A stretch of DNA of 64,000 nucleotides from the human T2T-CHM13v2.0 reference genome, Homo sapiens (GCA_009914755.4 CP068257.2:19552001-19616000); one strand, 5' to 3'; positions 45,501 through 61,564 are shown, counted from the first letter of the stretch. The notes: generated by a model not told the origin, from the letters alone. Numbers and translations are program-made.

Positions 45501-48500
45501 AAGATTTCCAAACAACTGATGAATATCTCTTTAAATGTAAAACCATATTTGTGTATATAATTACCTCTTTACATAATTATTTTACATTCATTTTGTATGT
45601 TTTCTGCCTACATAAACAGCATATGCTCAATACAATGGCTTTTCTTGATATTTTACCATTATAAAAACCAGCTTTCTTAATTGTAATACATTTTCCTCAG
45701 TCGTGTCAGTTTTTTAGCTCCTAACTCAGAACCACCCCTTCACATTCCACCTCACTCTTAAAGATAATTTTAAATCCTTTCTCCCCAGTTATCTTGCAGG
45801 AAGGGTGAACTCTGATGATACTTGACTCATAGAGAGGATCAGAAGGAGCTTTCTGATGGTTGAGGGCTGTAGATTCCTGTCACCCAAGTAATGCTAGAGT
45901 TACTTAAATTTTTACCAGTTATGCATGTTTGCATTTTTCTTATACTCAAATTATATGAAGAAAATGTACATAATTTTTGAACAACACATAAATGGATACA
46001 CATTCATATATAAATTACCAATAAAAAACAGATTACTGACTTGTGAAAAGCAAATATATTAACTTGTTACATTAATATTAACAATCCTATTTATAAAAAC
46101 ATTGAATTAAATATTTTTTAGGTTTTAGAGGAATCAGTTAATAATCATTTTTGAGTTTCAGTTGTACAGCTGTGTTTGAATATTGCTTGAGTTGCCACTT
46201 GATGGCAGTCATGTCTTTGGCATCAGAAGGGCAGTTTGCTTCTCTTCTGGTAAATAGGATTTAGAGTATTTAAAAATACAGCCAATGATCTTAGGAAAAT
46301 TTAACTTGTTATGGGAAAAATAACATCCATTAATAGGACTAATTTTTGCTAGATATGTAAACGTATATTTCATGCATGATTTTTATGTGTAGACATTATT
46401 AAGAAAAAGTTTTCAAAATATTTTAGCTTTTAAAATTATTTTCTGGTGGAATCCCAACATTGCTTTAGTTTTATATGCCATCCTTTCTATCAGTGTCATA
46501 AACTGTAGGAGCAACTCACCCTTGTGCTGTATTTGACCCAGACTTAAAAAAATTCCAGTCTTTTGACATATTTAATTACAAAATGGTTTCCAAATGTTGG
46601 TTCTTGAAGACCTGAAAACTTCCATAGTCTTAAAATTCTGGGAATTTTGCAGAAAATTTCTATATTTCTACTTTTCCTTTAAGATAGAAGAACTTAGTTG
46701 CTTTTCCTGAAATGTTAACTAATTTTCTGATTTTGCACTTTCTATTTTTTAAAAAAATTCTGTTATGTTTGAGAGGTAGTTTTGGGTTTTTTTCTGTGAC
46801 TTCCTTCTGTATTAAGTTTTTATTTTCTACTTGGCAGGAGAAAGAAGATTGATACAAAATTGGCAAGTTCTTCTTTCTTTGTTTTGTTTTGCTTTTAGTT
46901 CTACCTCCCTCTCCAAGACACATTCTTCACAATCAGGATGAAATTTGACTTTTTTGCCTTGGAAACATCCTACTGCTAGCAGCATTAAAAAGATGTTCAA
47001 CCATTCTTCTGTTTCCCATAAAGCTCCAACTTTTACATTTTTCTCAGTTTATGTCATTTAAACTGGAGTTCCCTTACTGATGACCTCTCATAGAATATGA
47101 TTTCATTTTTTTATTTTAATAGTCAAAAATATATGTTTCTTAACTCCTTAGAAGCAATAGAGTATTTTTAATTTGACATGCCATTTTCTCTTCATATAGA
47201 CATTTTAATCAAATTAATTATTGAAATGATCAGCTAATAAGATACTACAAAATTTATATTGTTTAGATAAAAATGATCATATTAAATATTTATTGCTGTC
47301 TGGAAAATGGTACTGAATGCACTTAAATTTCAAAACTTGTTTTAAGGTATATTGTGAGTACAAACGATGTTTTGACATCACCCACTATAGATACAAATAA
47401 CATGTAAAACACAATAAGTTGTATGTCAGCAATGTCTAAAAATGCTGAAATTCAATAACGTGTTTCCCCACGAAAGTAGTAATTTGGGTCATAATATAGT
47501 TTCTCTTTGCTATCTAAGAATATCAATAAAAATTACCATTTTTGTTTGGTCTTAGAATAGAAGTAATAGAGTGAAATCTGGTGATAATATTATATACCAT
47601 TATCAATAGAAATACCTAACTTTTGAAAGAAGTTATAATTTTTATGTCATGTGTGATGGAGAGTCCGTTTATCAGTAGGTATATACAGTACTCTATTTAA
47701 GAGCGTATAAAAGTTCATAATTTTTACATTTACAAGTGCTCAATTGTCATATACTCCAGTGACAAAGAGTGTATTTAAAATACTCACAGAGATTTTACTA
47801 GTATTAGTGTAAGGAAAATTTATTAATATTGGATTGCCACTTAGGTGAAATGTGTGAGGGATATTTCTGCACTATTTTATCTGTCCATTCATTAACAATC
47901 TACAATGCACTAGAGCAGCACCTTGCCCTGGAAGTACTCTAGTTAATGCAGGAGTAAAATAGGAACCCTTCACTCATGAACTTTAAGTCTATAAAAAAAA
48001 AAGTAGTAAATAAATGGATACATATGTACAATGCTAGGAAATATACAAGACACTATGTGAGCACATAATAGATGCATCTTGCTTAGTTTAAAGACAGGAT
48101 CAGTAAGACTCCTTGTAAGAATATATATTAAATATACACTTACATTTTAATTAAATGGAAATATGCATAGGAAAGAATTTAAATTAACTTAGAATGTGTA
48201 TAAACTCTTTTCTTAAGAGAGTGTTGAAGTATCGATTTATTTCCAAATAAACATTTTCTGTGTTAAAGTGCTCAGAGAATAAAAAATGCTGATTTTCAAT
48301 TTTATAATAACTTTATTTAGTGAGGACTTTTCTCATTTGCACATTATCCGTGGTGTGAATCATACATGCGATTGTTTTCCCGGCATTAATGACCTCTTAA
48401 CCCAAGCTTTTCCTCTGAGTTAATGAGTGTCTGGAGCAGAGGGAGCTTTTAAGCAGAGTAGAGGACTCTTGATCCATATGATCATTACCTTACCAGAAAT

Positions 48501-50460
48501 GCCTGACCAACAGGTCATTATTGCTGTTACCGTGCTGAGAATTTAAATGAATGATGAATAAATTGTTCAGTAGATTCTTTTTCAATTCAAGTAGATATTT
48601 AGTAATAAGCAAATTGCAGCTAAGGGTATTTTAATTCCATCTTGTACATTTATAGTGCCTACTTTTATAATGGCATAATGTCTGCTATAATATTTTGCAG
48701 TTTTAAAAGTGAAACATTGTAGCAAAATAGTTTTGAAGTTATTTCCATATGTCCATCAGGCAAGTCAGAATAGGGCATGGAATTCAATTATTTAAGCACC
48801 TTTTTTCTTAGGTAATCTTATGGCAGGTACACAGTTAAAACATTAAAAAAAGTGGGGAGAGAGTTAACATGAATTTTAACATGCTTTAGTAAGAAAGATA
48901 TTTTTATAAAAGCTTCATATCTTTGCTTTTTAAAATCAATTCAATTTTTTATAAGAACTTAATGAAATGAGTTACATTTTATATTACAGCTTTTGGCAAG
49001 GAAGAAGTACTTGAGATTGAAATGTTACAGGAATTTTGCAGGGAAATTTAAGAAATAGTTTTATTTATTTCTTCTCTGATTAAATAATATCAAATTTATT
49101 TGTTATGTAATATATGTAAATTAACGTGACCAGCATTCGAAAAAATATGTAAGTAGGTAAACCTAATCCACTTCATTTTCTCAATTCATTATATTTAATT
49201 GATTAATTACAAAATTCTCCAGAAATACCTAAAATTATAAACTGAAAACGCTATAGTTCAAGTAGTCAATCTATCTTCAAATCAGTTAGGACCTTTTGTA
49301 TTGAATATAACAGAAAATTGAAATAAAAATTTCAATTTGATTTATATAGTGAACAGAATTACTTGACTCATCTAACTGAAATGCATAGAAGCTGTAGATG
49401 AAACTTTATCTAGCACCTCAAACTCAGCAGAAAATTCACTCCTCCATCTGTGCACAATTGTTGACCAATACCCTGAATTCAGATCTCAGCTTATGGGTCA
49501 ATGCCACTAAAGACTCATCCTCAACCCCTGTCTTTACTGAAATCAATCAAGGCCCCTTGTTATATGTCCTCAGAGAACCATCTATTGTCACTATTACTTA
49601 CTGTTAGTATTATTAGTAGTAATATAGTCATTACATTTCATAACCAATTATTTCCTTGGTTGGCATATGAAAGGCATGTAATGTGTACTTACTGAGTTAA
49701 TGAATGCTTGAATGAAGTCAAGCACCCATTACCATTCTTAACTCATGGAATGACCAGGGACATAAATACCCTGAGTAATGTTCCTCTCTCTTGGCCTTGT
49801 TTAGTGCTTGTCATTTCATCTCTGATGAAATTTTACCCTCTATGAAACTTCCCTGATTATCCAAGCAAATAAATAAATAAATAAAGCGCTTCCTATCTAG
49901 GAAATCCCAAGATGTTATCTCTGTCTTTTGACATTGATCATAATCATAAATATAATAGAGTAATTTCTGCTAACTTATAGTTTGAAGAACAAAAATTGTG
50001 TCATTTTTCCCTCTATTCTCCATGGTGGAGAATTCGTTGATATCACAACCATCAATAAATATTTTTAAGTTAATAAACTAAAAGAAAGTTATGTTATCTT
50101 TTATTCAGTGTTGGTTGTTTTAACTGTTTTATAACTATCAGTTTCTTTGTAATTTTTTTTTGCAAATGTGAAAGTAATTTTATGGTGATTTGTGCAGTTA
50201 GTGGTCTGCAAAATTGTATTTAATCAAATTTGTGCAAATTATAACATAAAAGAGTAGCTTCTTTTAAAATAATTATCCTCTGATAAATAATAAATACATT
50301 TTCATTGCATAATAGTCTCCAAATATCCATTCGTAAATAAAGTGAGATAAACTTGGGTCTTTTTATGTTGCCTAGTATTTAATAAACTTTTAGATACCCA
50401 TTAGGTAACTTCATAGGTCCTCTTTCCCATGAGATAGATTCTCAGAGAAATCAGTACATA

Positions 50461-50500
50461 TGTGTGTGTGTGTGTGTGTGTGTGCATGCACACGTGTGCA
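50461..50500. repeat. (TG)12 microsatellite with a degenerate (CA/TG) extension
   Basis: tgtgtgtgtgtgtgtgtgtgtgtgcatgcacacgtgtgca. Confidence 0.95.
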
Positions 50501-51577
50501 TTTTACAAATAAAATTTGGAGTCTTCATGCTTTCCCTAATATCCACAATATCACTAGGAACAAAATAATCTTTAAGCACTTTGGCAGAGTTGGACGTTTA
50601 GGATAGAAAACTAGAGTTATGTAGACAATAGTGTTTCATTACAATTCCTCTGTCACATTTGTCTATTTTCAACATTTTTCTGTCTTTTTATTTTCCTTAA
50701 GGCCAAACCTGCTAACGTTAGACTTCTGCTCCTTATTTATGTTTTTATCCCTGCTTTCTCTGCTTTTCAGATCATTAATTACTGATTGATATTTAATCCT
50801 ATTTCTGGAGGCACATGGTTGGCATTTTCATGAGAATGAACAGAAAGAATACAAATATAATCGGCATGACTACCTAATTCCATAATCCTTTCATTAGTCA
50901 GGCATCCCATTTAGTAGAGTATTTAATCCTGCAGAGAGCCCTGAGAAATCAGCTCATATTGTCACTGTGGTTTCAATTTTTTTAAGGTTCCATATCATTA
51001 CCTCTTCTAAGGAAAATTCTACCTAGCTACTTTCTATAATTAGCTCTGTCAGTAGGTAAGATGAAACGTAAAACTCTGGGCAGGTTTAAATATTTTATAG
51101 CAAATTGTAGTATAATTATGAACATTGTGAGTACTATTTTCTCTTTCTGTCATTGGAACTCAGAGATAAAATTTTTATTTTTCTATGAATTAGGAGGAAA
51201 AAATGTTTCTTTAAATGATCTTTTAGCTTACCTTTCAGCCTCAAGATTATGTTTAAATAAAGGATTTATATCCCAGATTAAGAATTTCTATTTCATTTTA
51301 TTTTTCCCTCTTATGAAAGCACATGTTCTATTGGACAGTTGAAGGTTTACTGTTTTTCAAATTAATTTGAGACTTGTCTTTTCAGAAATTTTAGTAAAGG
51401 TAAATTCATTTTCCCATAGCTATATTTCCTAATAAAGGGCATTAATGTAAAAAAAGAAAGCTAATTTCACAAATTATATAGTATAGTTATGGTTTCAGTG
51501 GAATTTCTTAACCAATACTCATATTTAGCATTACTTGGTAGTTTTATACTTGTAAAATGCTGAATTGCATATACTAA

Positions 51578-51944
<367 letters not shown>

Positions 51945-53635
51945 AAAACAGTATTACTGATTTTAATTTGCCTTAAGAACTGATTATTGGAACAAAAATA
52001 AAAAGCTAATTTGATTTATTTCATTGTTTTCATTTAAAATAATACATACATTTATTTGCTTAGCCAAACAGTATTTATCTAACATTATTCACTGGAAGTT
52101 TGACAGATTGCATTACTTGATCTGGTGAATGAAAATGTATATTCTGAACATGGAAATTACAGAAGCCCAAATATATTATTACATATACAACTCAGAAAAC
52201 AGATAACGTGAAATCATAAAGATGTTCATAACAGTGAACATTTTAGTTTTGGGGGGAAATTAAATTTAAAAATATATTTTTATTTTTAATTAAAGAGAAT
52301 ATGGTGTGCCAATACTCTTTTTCTTCTTAATATTAGTATTTGTTAACTCAGGCCTACATCAGAGCACTTTTCAAAAGAGTTAAAGCATGTAAAAATAGAA
52401 TCACTGGTCATTTCGGTAATAAATATTAGGGCGATTTTCTTTCTTGTAAGTAATAAATTGGCCATTTTCTACCGACATAATCAACTAGAAGTTCAAAGAG
52501 TTGTTTACGTCAATTTCCTGGGGTTGCAAAATGGCAGCTCCTCAAATATGTATTAAAATACTGATGAAGGCTTCAATCACATGGCGTAATCTTCTCAGAG
52601 CAATTCCCCTCAGTGGGTCATTACAGCAGATAATGGAAGCATTTGTAACCTCTAGATACAATTGGACTAAATGAAATTAGATTCCCAATTTCCTTCAGAT
52701 AAGAATATTTCAAAACGTTGTCAGCATTTATTGAGCAATAAACGGGGGGTGGGGTTGACATTGTACAAAGATACACAGAGCTCCCTCATCTCCTTTATCT
52801 TTGCCTCTAGAATGTTTATTCTTTAAATTAAACATTTATGCAAACAGCAAAATCAGATGTTGGGCAAGCCCAATGCTAAAAGGGTTGGCCAGAAATTTTT
52901 CCCTGAGGCATTGGCAACCCATATTAAAAATATATATAAAATGTTTCCGTGTGGAAAGGCAGAGAGCGCCTCCCACCACAGCCATCTTCAGGCAATGCTC
53001 ATCCAAGTAGACATCTAGAGCAGAACATTTTAAAAGGGAAAATATGTGGCGGATGCAGGAGACAGGATGCAAGCAGTCTGATGCCCATCATCTATATATA
53101 GGGTATGGCTCTTTGTAACCAGCAATGTTCATAAAAATTATCTCCCTTTAAAGATATTACCAGGTATTCTGGATAATGGTTCAATGTTAGGGTGATATTA
53201 GTAAAAGTAAGGCTTTCTATTGTTAAACATTGAATTTGAAGGTATTATATACATCACCTAATTATTAAACCCTCCTTTAAAACTTTTAGATGATGTGTTC
53301 ATGGTCATGGAGTTAGTGGCCATTCAGTAATAAATGTAGACACTGATTCCTAAAAGGTGGAATTTTTTTTTTCTCTGCTCTTAAAGCACATTTTATCATA
53401 GTCAGTCTTTTCAAAAACTAATTATGAAGACTGTACCTGGAGGACAGGTAGACTTAAAAGTAAAATTCCCTAATATATAAAATATATACACCTTAAATAC
53501 AGATGGACTAGCATTTTAAAAATTGAGGTTGGGATTCTTTTAAATCTTGTGTCTATATTTATATAAATGCTAATTGTGTTGGGTAATCTCAAGTATGTTT
53601 TTTCCTTCCAAAGGATACTTGGCTCAGGAAAATCA

Positions 53636-53698
53636 ATCTCTTTCTCTTTCTCTGTCTCTCTCCCCCTCTCTTTGTCTCCCTTTATGTTTCTGTCTCTT
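53636..53698. repeat. CT-rich polypyrimidine microsatellite-like tract, (TCTC/TCTG)n
   Basis: aatctctttctctttctctgtctctctccccctctctttgtctccctttatgtttctgtctc. Confidence 0.85.
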
Positions 53699-56089
53699 AA
53701 GCTTATACACACATACACAATATGACACCATCATCTACAAAATAATATTATCACCTATCTTCTGTTTCTTCTAGAAGAAGTTGTGTTTGAACTAAACATA
53801 TATTTTTAGTGTTGTAAAATGGCTCTACTGAAGAAATGTTAAGAGCAAGATTTAAACTAAAACTGTTTTAAAAGGGACTATGTCAAATGCCCAACAGATT
53901 TCTTTCAGCCATTTTTGGATTGTCATGTATTCCCATTGGTGGTGGCATACATTCTTAAAAAGTAATGTGCCAAAGCATACCATATTTTCTCAAAATTTTA
54001 TAGAGTTTTAACTACTGAAACATTTGCATGCAAAAATATATTATATAATTTTGCTAAAATGCTAAAAAAAAAAAAAGCAAAAAAAGCTACAATTTTGCAC
54101 AAATTGTTTCTGAGAAAAAAGATGGATTCTTACATAAGATTATTGGATATCCAGCCAAAGGGAAGGCTACGTCAGTTTTCTGTCTCTTTACCAGAGAGCC
54201 TCATGGTGTGGTGGAAAAGGCACTTAACCCAGACTCTGGTTCTGACTCCGTCATTAATTACCCACGTTGTCTCTGGAGAAATCCCCTAACTTCTTTGAAT
54301 GACAAATTATTCTTCTGTGAAATTTTGAATTTTCTAATAGTTTATTAATTTTATTTTTATATCTACCATCTCATATTTTTCTCACATCAACCCCAGTGAG
54401 GGATTTGGTGAATCTCCTTGTCCCTTAAAATGACACTGTGACCTGGTTAAGTAAAAATTCTTCAGGATTTATAGTGAATTTAGGCAATTTACTTACCTTC
54501 TGTGTTTCAATTCTCCTCTGAAAACAATGGGGATAATTATATATATCTCACAGGATTTTGAGGATTAATTAATATTTATAAAATGTTTAGAACAGTCTTT
54601 GGGACAAATAAATATTTCAATTATTATTGTTGATGGTGTTTTAAGAACATCATTATTGTTAGCAGTATCATGTTATAGTTAAAATTGCTTGGACCTTATA
54701 TGACAATATCTTATATGACAATATCATAGTGATTTGATGGAAGCAAACTATATATGGCATCTGAATGTATCTTGAAGACTATAATATTCTCCATTTGTAA
54801 AGTGTGATTTATAAATTCAGCATACAATAGTATATGATGCAAACACTTTCAATTAAAAACAAAAAGTTTTTGGACATTTAGAATGTCAAGAAAAGAACAA
54901 TGACAACAAAAAAATGGCTTTTTAAAAATATATTGTTCTTTTGGAAATTATTTCTACTCATTGACCTTAAAAAAAGATAAGTTCCTGATGATTTATCAAT
55001 GAAAAAAATCCTTGTCTAAATTATTCTAAATGAGAAAAACATACAGTATTTTCACAGTTTATATAGGCTGGGTCTTTTTACATTAAATTCTAAGTTCTCC
55101 TTTGAATTATATAGCATATAAATTGTTAACTTCTGTATTTTATAAATTATGGAATTAAATGCATATAAGCTATTTAACTTGGACAAGCTCATTGAAAATA
55201 TGTGATGGAGTTCAGGCTGTAGCCCAGATTTATTCAGTGTAAATCACATGTGCTTTACCCCACTGCAGTAGGGCAGATGGTGAAGAGGGGTCTAATGGCA
55301 AGCAGTCTAGGAAACCTTGCCAACTCCATTCATGTGAAGGAACCGCCAGGTTGTAAAGGGCTTATTCCAGGTAAATTAAATAACAGAAACCAAGGCTCTG
55401 TTTTTTTTTTTATTAATAACATAATCTGTAGTTTGGTACAAAAGGCTGCATACTTCTGAGTTCCATGTTGACCAGTGTCTGCATAGAGAACATTTTGGTT
55501 TTGATCGATAAAATTTGATGGTGAGTGTTCAAAAACTGTCATTATTTGGTTAGCTTCTACACTAATTGATAGTACAAGTAGGAAGAAAAAATATTGCTCA
55601 TTATAAAAATTGGCTCTAGCTAGAAATATATTTTGAAAGCTTGCAGACTAATAATCAAGTAAAAATTCAGAAAATATTAAAATAGTGGATCTCAGAATAA
55701 GAATGTGGAAAGTAAATCATTCATTCAGTCAGCCATTACACTAAAATTGTCAAATACCTATTAAATTTCTGGAATTACATTAAGTGGTGAAATACAAATT
55801 TGATATATACAAAGTACATCGACAAATGTTTACCAGTTCTTTGTTACTAAAAAAGAAAACCTCCCTATTGTCTGTATTTTTAATTTAACTTTTTATCTTT
55901 CAAAAATATTTTAATTGACAAATAATTGTATATATTTGTGTGATACAACGTAATGCTTTGATATATGTGTACATAGTGGAATTATTAAATGAAGCTAATT
56001 AGCAAGTCCATCACTTAACATACTTATTTTTTTGTAGTGAAAACATTTAAAATCTACTTTTTAAAACAATTTTGAAATATGCAATGCAT

Positions 56090-56560
56090 TCTTATTTATC
56101 ATAGTCATTCTGTACAATAGATTGATAAAGCTTATTCCTCATATCTAACTGAAACCTTTTTATCCTTTTAGCAACATCTCCTCGTTTCCCAATCACCTGT
56201 GTTTCTATAACTCTGGTCATCTCCATTCTGTTCTCTACTTCTATGGGTTCACTTTCTAAGATTCTAGGTGTCAGTGAGATCCTGCCGTAGTAGTCTTTCT
56301 GTGCCTGGCTTATTAGCATTATGGCCTCTAGCTTTATCTCTGTTGTTGGAAATAACAGAATTTCCTTCCTTTTCAGCTGAATAGTATTCCATTGTGTATA
56401 TAAGACCACATTGTCTTTATCCATCTATCTGATGATGGACACTTAGTTTGTTTCCATATCTTAACTAATGTGAATCATACTGCAATGAATGAATATCTTT
56501 TTGGCATCATGTTATCCATTTCTTTGTTATTTGTTCTTAACATTTAAGTAGGAGGAAAAG
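56090..56560 (-). mobile_element. L1 (LINE-1) 3'-region fragment, antisense
   Basis: ...ctatgggttcactttctaagattctaggtgtcagtgag...ctgtgcctggcttattagcattatggcctctagc...cagctgaatagtattccattgtgtatataagaccacattgtctttatccatctatctgatgatggacacttagtttgtttccatatcttaactaatgtgaatcatactgcaatgaatgaatatctttttggc matches the reverse-complement L1 consensus ...ctatggatttgcctattctggacatttcatataaatggaatcatac...tggcttctttcacttagcataatg...ggctgaataatattccattgtatggatataccacattttgtttatccattcatcagttgatggacatttgggttgtttccactttttggctattgtgaataatgctgctatgaacatt. Confidence 0.8.
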
Positions 56561-58264
56561 CTTTTGGAATTGCTATGAAGGGAAAGAGGTATATGGGAAA
56601 TGCATCAAAGCAGAAATGACAATAGCAGGAGAAATTATTGAAGAAAACATATAGGGAAAGATAATTATTCTCTGTGTATTTTGGACTCTCTTATTTCAAA
56701 AAATAAAACCAGATGAACTTTCAGCTAAGGTTTCATAAATAATTAAATTAATAATTCATACATAGAATGTAGAGATGAAGCAGGGAATCTTAAAAGAGAC
56801 ACAGAAAACCCATAGGGCAAAATACTTCCAACGTTTTAAGAGCCAAAGAAATAATATAATGTCAGTGCAGGCAGCAGTTGCATGAAACTCAGAGGTTTCA
56901 GTATTGTCCCAGAGGTTCAGTATTTCTATTAATAAAGAGCAAAAGTCTTACAACTATGGGAAGAAATAATTTAGAATGCATAGATATGTTCTCAGGCCAT
57001 CTGAGAATGAGAGTTACACCTTGAAAAAAGTCATAAAATACTATTACATTTTTTGTAGGGGAAATATTATAGCTCATAAAGTTTAGCAGAGGTTCAGTTA
57101 TTACTGATTGAAATGTGTTCGGTGCTATATTACCCTTTTTGGGGTTTTGGGTTTTAAGAAGTACAGACATGCTTGGGCTAACCAGTTGATGAAAATTTAT
57201 TTTACAGTTAAGAGATGTCGAGAAGGAAGCCTTCAAAGCTGTTGCCCATATTGCAGTTGGCTGACTTTGGCTTTGGTTATGACACCTGGTTCTGATAGTT
57301 GTGCCCATGGTGGCATGCCCACCATCACATGACTATCTAGCTTAAGAAACCTGAGACTATTCCTCTAAAAAGAAGTCTAGGCCACTCAAATGCTGCTTAG
57401 AAGATGGACGTGTTCCATGGCTTCCAAATCCATATTGCATCCACTAGAACAGGTCCTAAAGCTCACACACATCTGGGAGCCTTATGATGGAAAGAATAGA
57501 TAGAGGGTTGTATCGGTCCTATTCAAGGAAGGTCCTGTTCAAGGAAAGTAAGATAGAGTTGATCTTTAACATAATAAAAATATGAGGAAGATAAACAGCC
57601 ATGATTCTAGTTACTGTATGCCCATAAGGATCACCTGGAGAATGCTTTGTAATGATTATATTTGTTCCCTTTAATTATGAGTCAGTAGATCAGGGAATAG
57701 GACCCAAGCATGGGTAAATTTTAAGAGCTTCCAGTGTAATCTAATGTATAACCAGAGGTGATATCCATTGGTCCAGTTTAGGAAGGATGTTTGTTTGTCT
57801 AAGTAACTGTAATAATGTGAGGCTGATTTAGGTTGGTGGCAAGTCCTTGAACAAGGAACACAGGCCATCCTCTTTTATTCATCTCCTAAAAGTTTTGACT
57901 AGCTAGCCAAAAGAATAAAACCCCTTTACTATAAAAGGAAACCTTTTGTTGCTCCCAAGAAGAAAAGAAAAAAATAGAAGTAACAAGAATGTCAAAACCC
58001 GTAGTAACTGGAAATGTTTATTTAGTATAAATTTGATGAATTGTAGTCAAATACAGTACACAATTTATGCATATTCTAATAAACCCATCATAAACTCTCA
58101 GGTACCTTGGTGCCTTTCCTTCTTAAAAGAATATGAAATTTTGTTATTGATAATACGAAGTTTTCACCCAAAAATTACCTTAAATAATTTTGTTTTTATT
58201 TGAATTTATCATATACGTTGTATATTAAATGCCAAAATTATATATAAGCCACAGTTAAAAAACA

Positions 58265-58563
58265 GGCCGAGTGCGGTGGCTCATGCCTGTAATCCCAGCA
58301 CTTTGGGAGGCTGAGGCAGTTGGATCACGAGGTCAAGAGATCGAGACCATCCTGGCCAACTTGATGAAACCCTGTCTCTACTAAAAATACAGAAATTAGC
58401 CGGGAGTGGTGGCAGGTGCCTGTAATCCCAGGTACTCAGGAGTCTGAGGCAGGAGAATCACTTGAACCTGGGAGGCGGAGGTTGCAGTGAGCCGAGATCG
58501 CGCCACTGCACTCCTACCTGGGGACAGAGTGAGACTCTGTCTAAAAAAAAAAAAAAAAAAAAA
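58265..58563 (+). mobile_element. Full-length Alu SINE (AluS-like) with an A23 tail
   Basis: ggccgagtgcggtggctcatgcctgtaatcccagcactttgggaggctgaggcagttggatcacgaggtcaagagatcgagaccatcctggccaac...gagaatcacttgaacctgggaggcggaggttgcagtgagccgagatcgcgccactgcactcctacctggggacagagtgagactctgtct followed by A23. Confidence 0.95.
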
Positions 58564-59465
58564 GGACATACGGTATTACAGCACTTCAATGTGATATCTG
58601 TTAACTTCATTGAATATCTGTTTTCCCAACTGCTTCCTTGAATTGAAACTGTAACACACAGAACCAGAAGTCCGAATTCTTCAAATCAAGATAGACATAA
58701 AATAACCAGTATTCAAGGGGGTATACACACTCCAAGGACTGATGTGAGGACTGAGAGTGTTGAGAGACATCTGGGATCACTCCTTACACATTTCTTCATT
58801 TTTCTATGTGGCGGCCGTACCATTCATCACCACTACATTTTATGCACATGCATTCCTCCAAGCTTTTGCTATTGTGTTTGCATAGGTACCTTTTTTTCTC
58901 TATATCACTCATTCTTCATTCAGAGGTCAACTATTATCAACTTCTCTGTATGCTACACTCGCCATTTCCATGCGTCAGATAATTAATGGCTAACTCCCTT
59001 GTAATTCCACAAACTTTTCTGTCTTACCACATTCTATGTTCATATGTGAGTGATTGCATATGTGTTCGACCCTTCTTTTGTTTTGTTTGTAAGTTGCTTG
59101 ATAACATGGGCATCACTTTTCCTTTTGGCATAAGCATCAGTTTTCGCTGTCCTTGGATGTACATGGGAAGTTGTTTTCTCACACAGACAGAAAAGTAATG
59201 GCATCCACCTGCAGTGGCCAGACGTGTCCACTCAGGAAGATTGTCAGGAAGACCCATGAAGATAATGTGGGTCAAGGTATCTCCTTCTTTGGACCCAAAT
59301 TGCCCGAGATTGCCTCTTTAAACATGTGCCTAAATATTTCACTGCACTGATTCCCCAAAATCATGTTGTAAACACCAAAGTTCATAAACTGTTTGTTTCA
59401 TAATTTTATTTCTCAGATACTTTTTCCTAAAACCCTCAGTTACATTATTTCTTTCTTTCTTCCCT

Positions 59466-59632
59466 GAGGGAGAGGAAGTTAGGTGGATGGTAGATGATAG
59501 ATAGGGAGATGGTAGAGAGATAAATGGCAGATGGTTAGTGAGAGAGATAAGGAAGATAAGGAGGATAAGGAAGAGAAGGAAGGAAGGTAAGTAGGTAGAT
59601 AGGTTAGATATGTGTTGATAGACAGTAGATAT
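59466..59632. repeat. Purine-rich, almost cytosine-free (GGAA/GATA/GAGA)n-like low-complexity tract, about 165 bp
   Basis: gagggagaggaagttaggtggatggtagatgatagatagggagatggtagagagataaatgg...gagagagataaggaagataaggaggataaggaagagaaggaaggaaggtaagtaggtagataggttagatatg has only about 2 C on the + strand. The supplied - strand ORF 59479-59700 reads LSSLSSLSSLSLSL...YLPTYLP. Confidence 0.9.
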
Positions 59633-60742
59633 GGTTTTAAAATATGTCCATAAATTTTGGATACCTGTCTTTTCAAGTTAGGAAGTCTAATTTCCTCCAC
59701 TTTGGTGTGGATTGTACTTAATGACTTACTTCTGACAAATAAATTATAGCTAAAATGACAGCGTACTACTTTGAAGACTAGTGATAAAAGGTACTGAGCC
59801 TTTTCCTCCCTTGCTGTCTCTTGGATCCCTCAACTTTGGGGAAGTTATCTGCCATGCCACTCAACCAGCCCATGAAGAGTCTCATGGGAATTGAGGTTTC
59901 TTACTGCCAGTCATGTAAGTGAGTGATCTGGGAAGTGAACTGTCCAAATGATATCCTGACTGCAAGCTCATGAGCTTATAAGATCCTAGCCAAAACCACT
60001 CAGCTAAGCCACTCCTGAGTTCTCGATCTCGGTAAACTATGAGGTAAATATTTGTTGTTTTAGGTGATTATTTTTGGGGTAATTTGATAGCAGAAATAGA
60101 TAATATAGTGGATGAGAGACAAATTGATAGATGATAAATCAGAGAGAAGTAGAAAAATTAAAATATACCAATATATTTGCATACAAAGAGATATGTTATT
60201 ACAGAAATATGTTTGAAAATTCAAAAACGTATGTAATAATAAAGTGATAGTTGTTATTTTATGTAAATTAATTTTGCCACAAATTTGAGGTTTTGGTAGT
60301 AACAAATTGCATATAAATCTGTGAGCTTTTATTCTCTATTTCATCTTTATTGCAGTTTCTAGATATTCTTAATAATCACATTGATTGAAAATAAGCAAAA
60401 TAAATCCATGAAAAGTTATCTGTTCAATGTAATTTTCTCACTCTCAATATTTGGTTCAAATTTTAAATTTAAACATGCATTTTTGAAACTTTTCAGAAAA
60501 CTGTCAATTATATTTTTCTATCTTCTGAAGTACCGTGGCTGTAAATGTACTGTATGGATGGGAAGACTAAGGCAACATAGCTAGTGAGTGGCTAGTATGT
60601 AAATTATGGGCTAGCATGTGAATTATTGAACTTGCACTTTATCTTGAATAATAGCATTTAACCTACTGGGTAAACAGCTTCCCATTGCACTGTCTCTGTA
60701 GTCTGTCTCATAGAGTTTAATATGTTTAAAAAAAAAATTAGA

Positions 60743-61071
<329 letters not shown>

Positions 61072-61564
61072 CTAGGGCTGTTTCAAGGAAATCTATTAAA
61101 GAGAAACGAAATACAAAATTAATTTCTGAAATTAAAAGTTTAAGATCTCTTTTATCTTAGAATATCTGCATTTCACTAATTATGCTTTGGGTGAATGAAA
61201 ATCTATCTAGGTATTCCTAAAATTATTACTGTGAAAGTGAAATATAGCTACCCTATAATTTATGCTGAATTATTTTTATCTCATCAGGAATTTTGTGTTG
61301 GATGAAATGAGTCACCCTGTAATCACATTGTTTATCTTAACCAGTGTTTGCTTTAGATAGAGTCATATTTCTATGTAATTACAGTATTACGTTTAAAGGT
61401 ATGAAGAATGCACACTTGTTTCTACTCACATCTGCTTTATTTTTATTGTCCAGTACATACTTTTTATGATTTTATCATAATAGGAATCAATTATCATAGT
61501 AGGAATCAATTTATCTGAATGAAAATATTTTTCTACTAATGCTCATCACTGCCAGTAGAATTTG

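Noticed and set aside
56092-57308. 110-aa and 136-aa - strand ORFs (56092-56424, 56898-57308)
   Set aside because: The first is an antisense read through an L1 3'-end fragment (ctgaatagtattccattgtgtatataagaccac...). The second is an AT-rich, low-complexity chance ORF without codon periodicity. Isolated 100-140 aa ORFs are expected by chance in 64 kb of AT-rich DNA.
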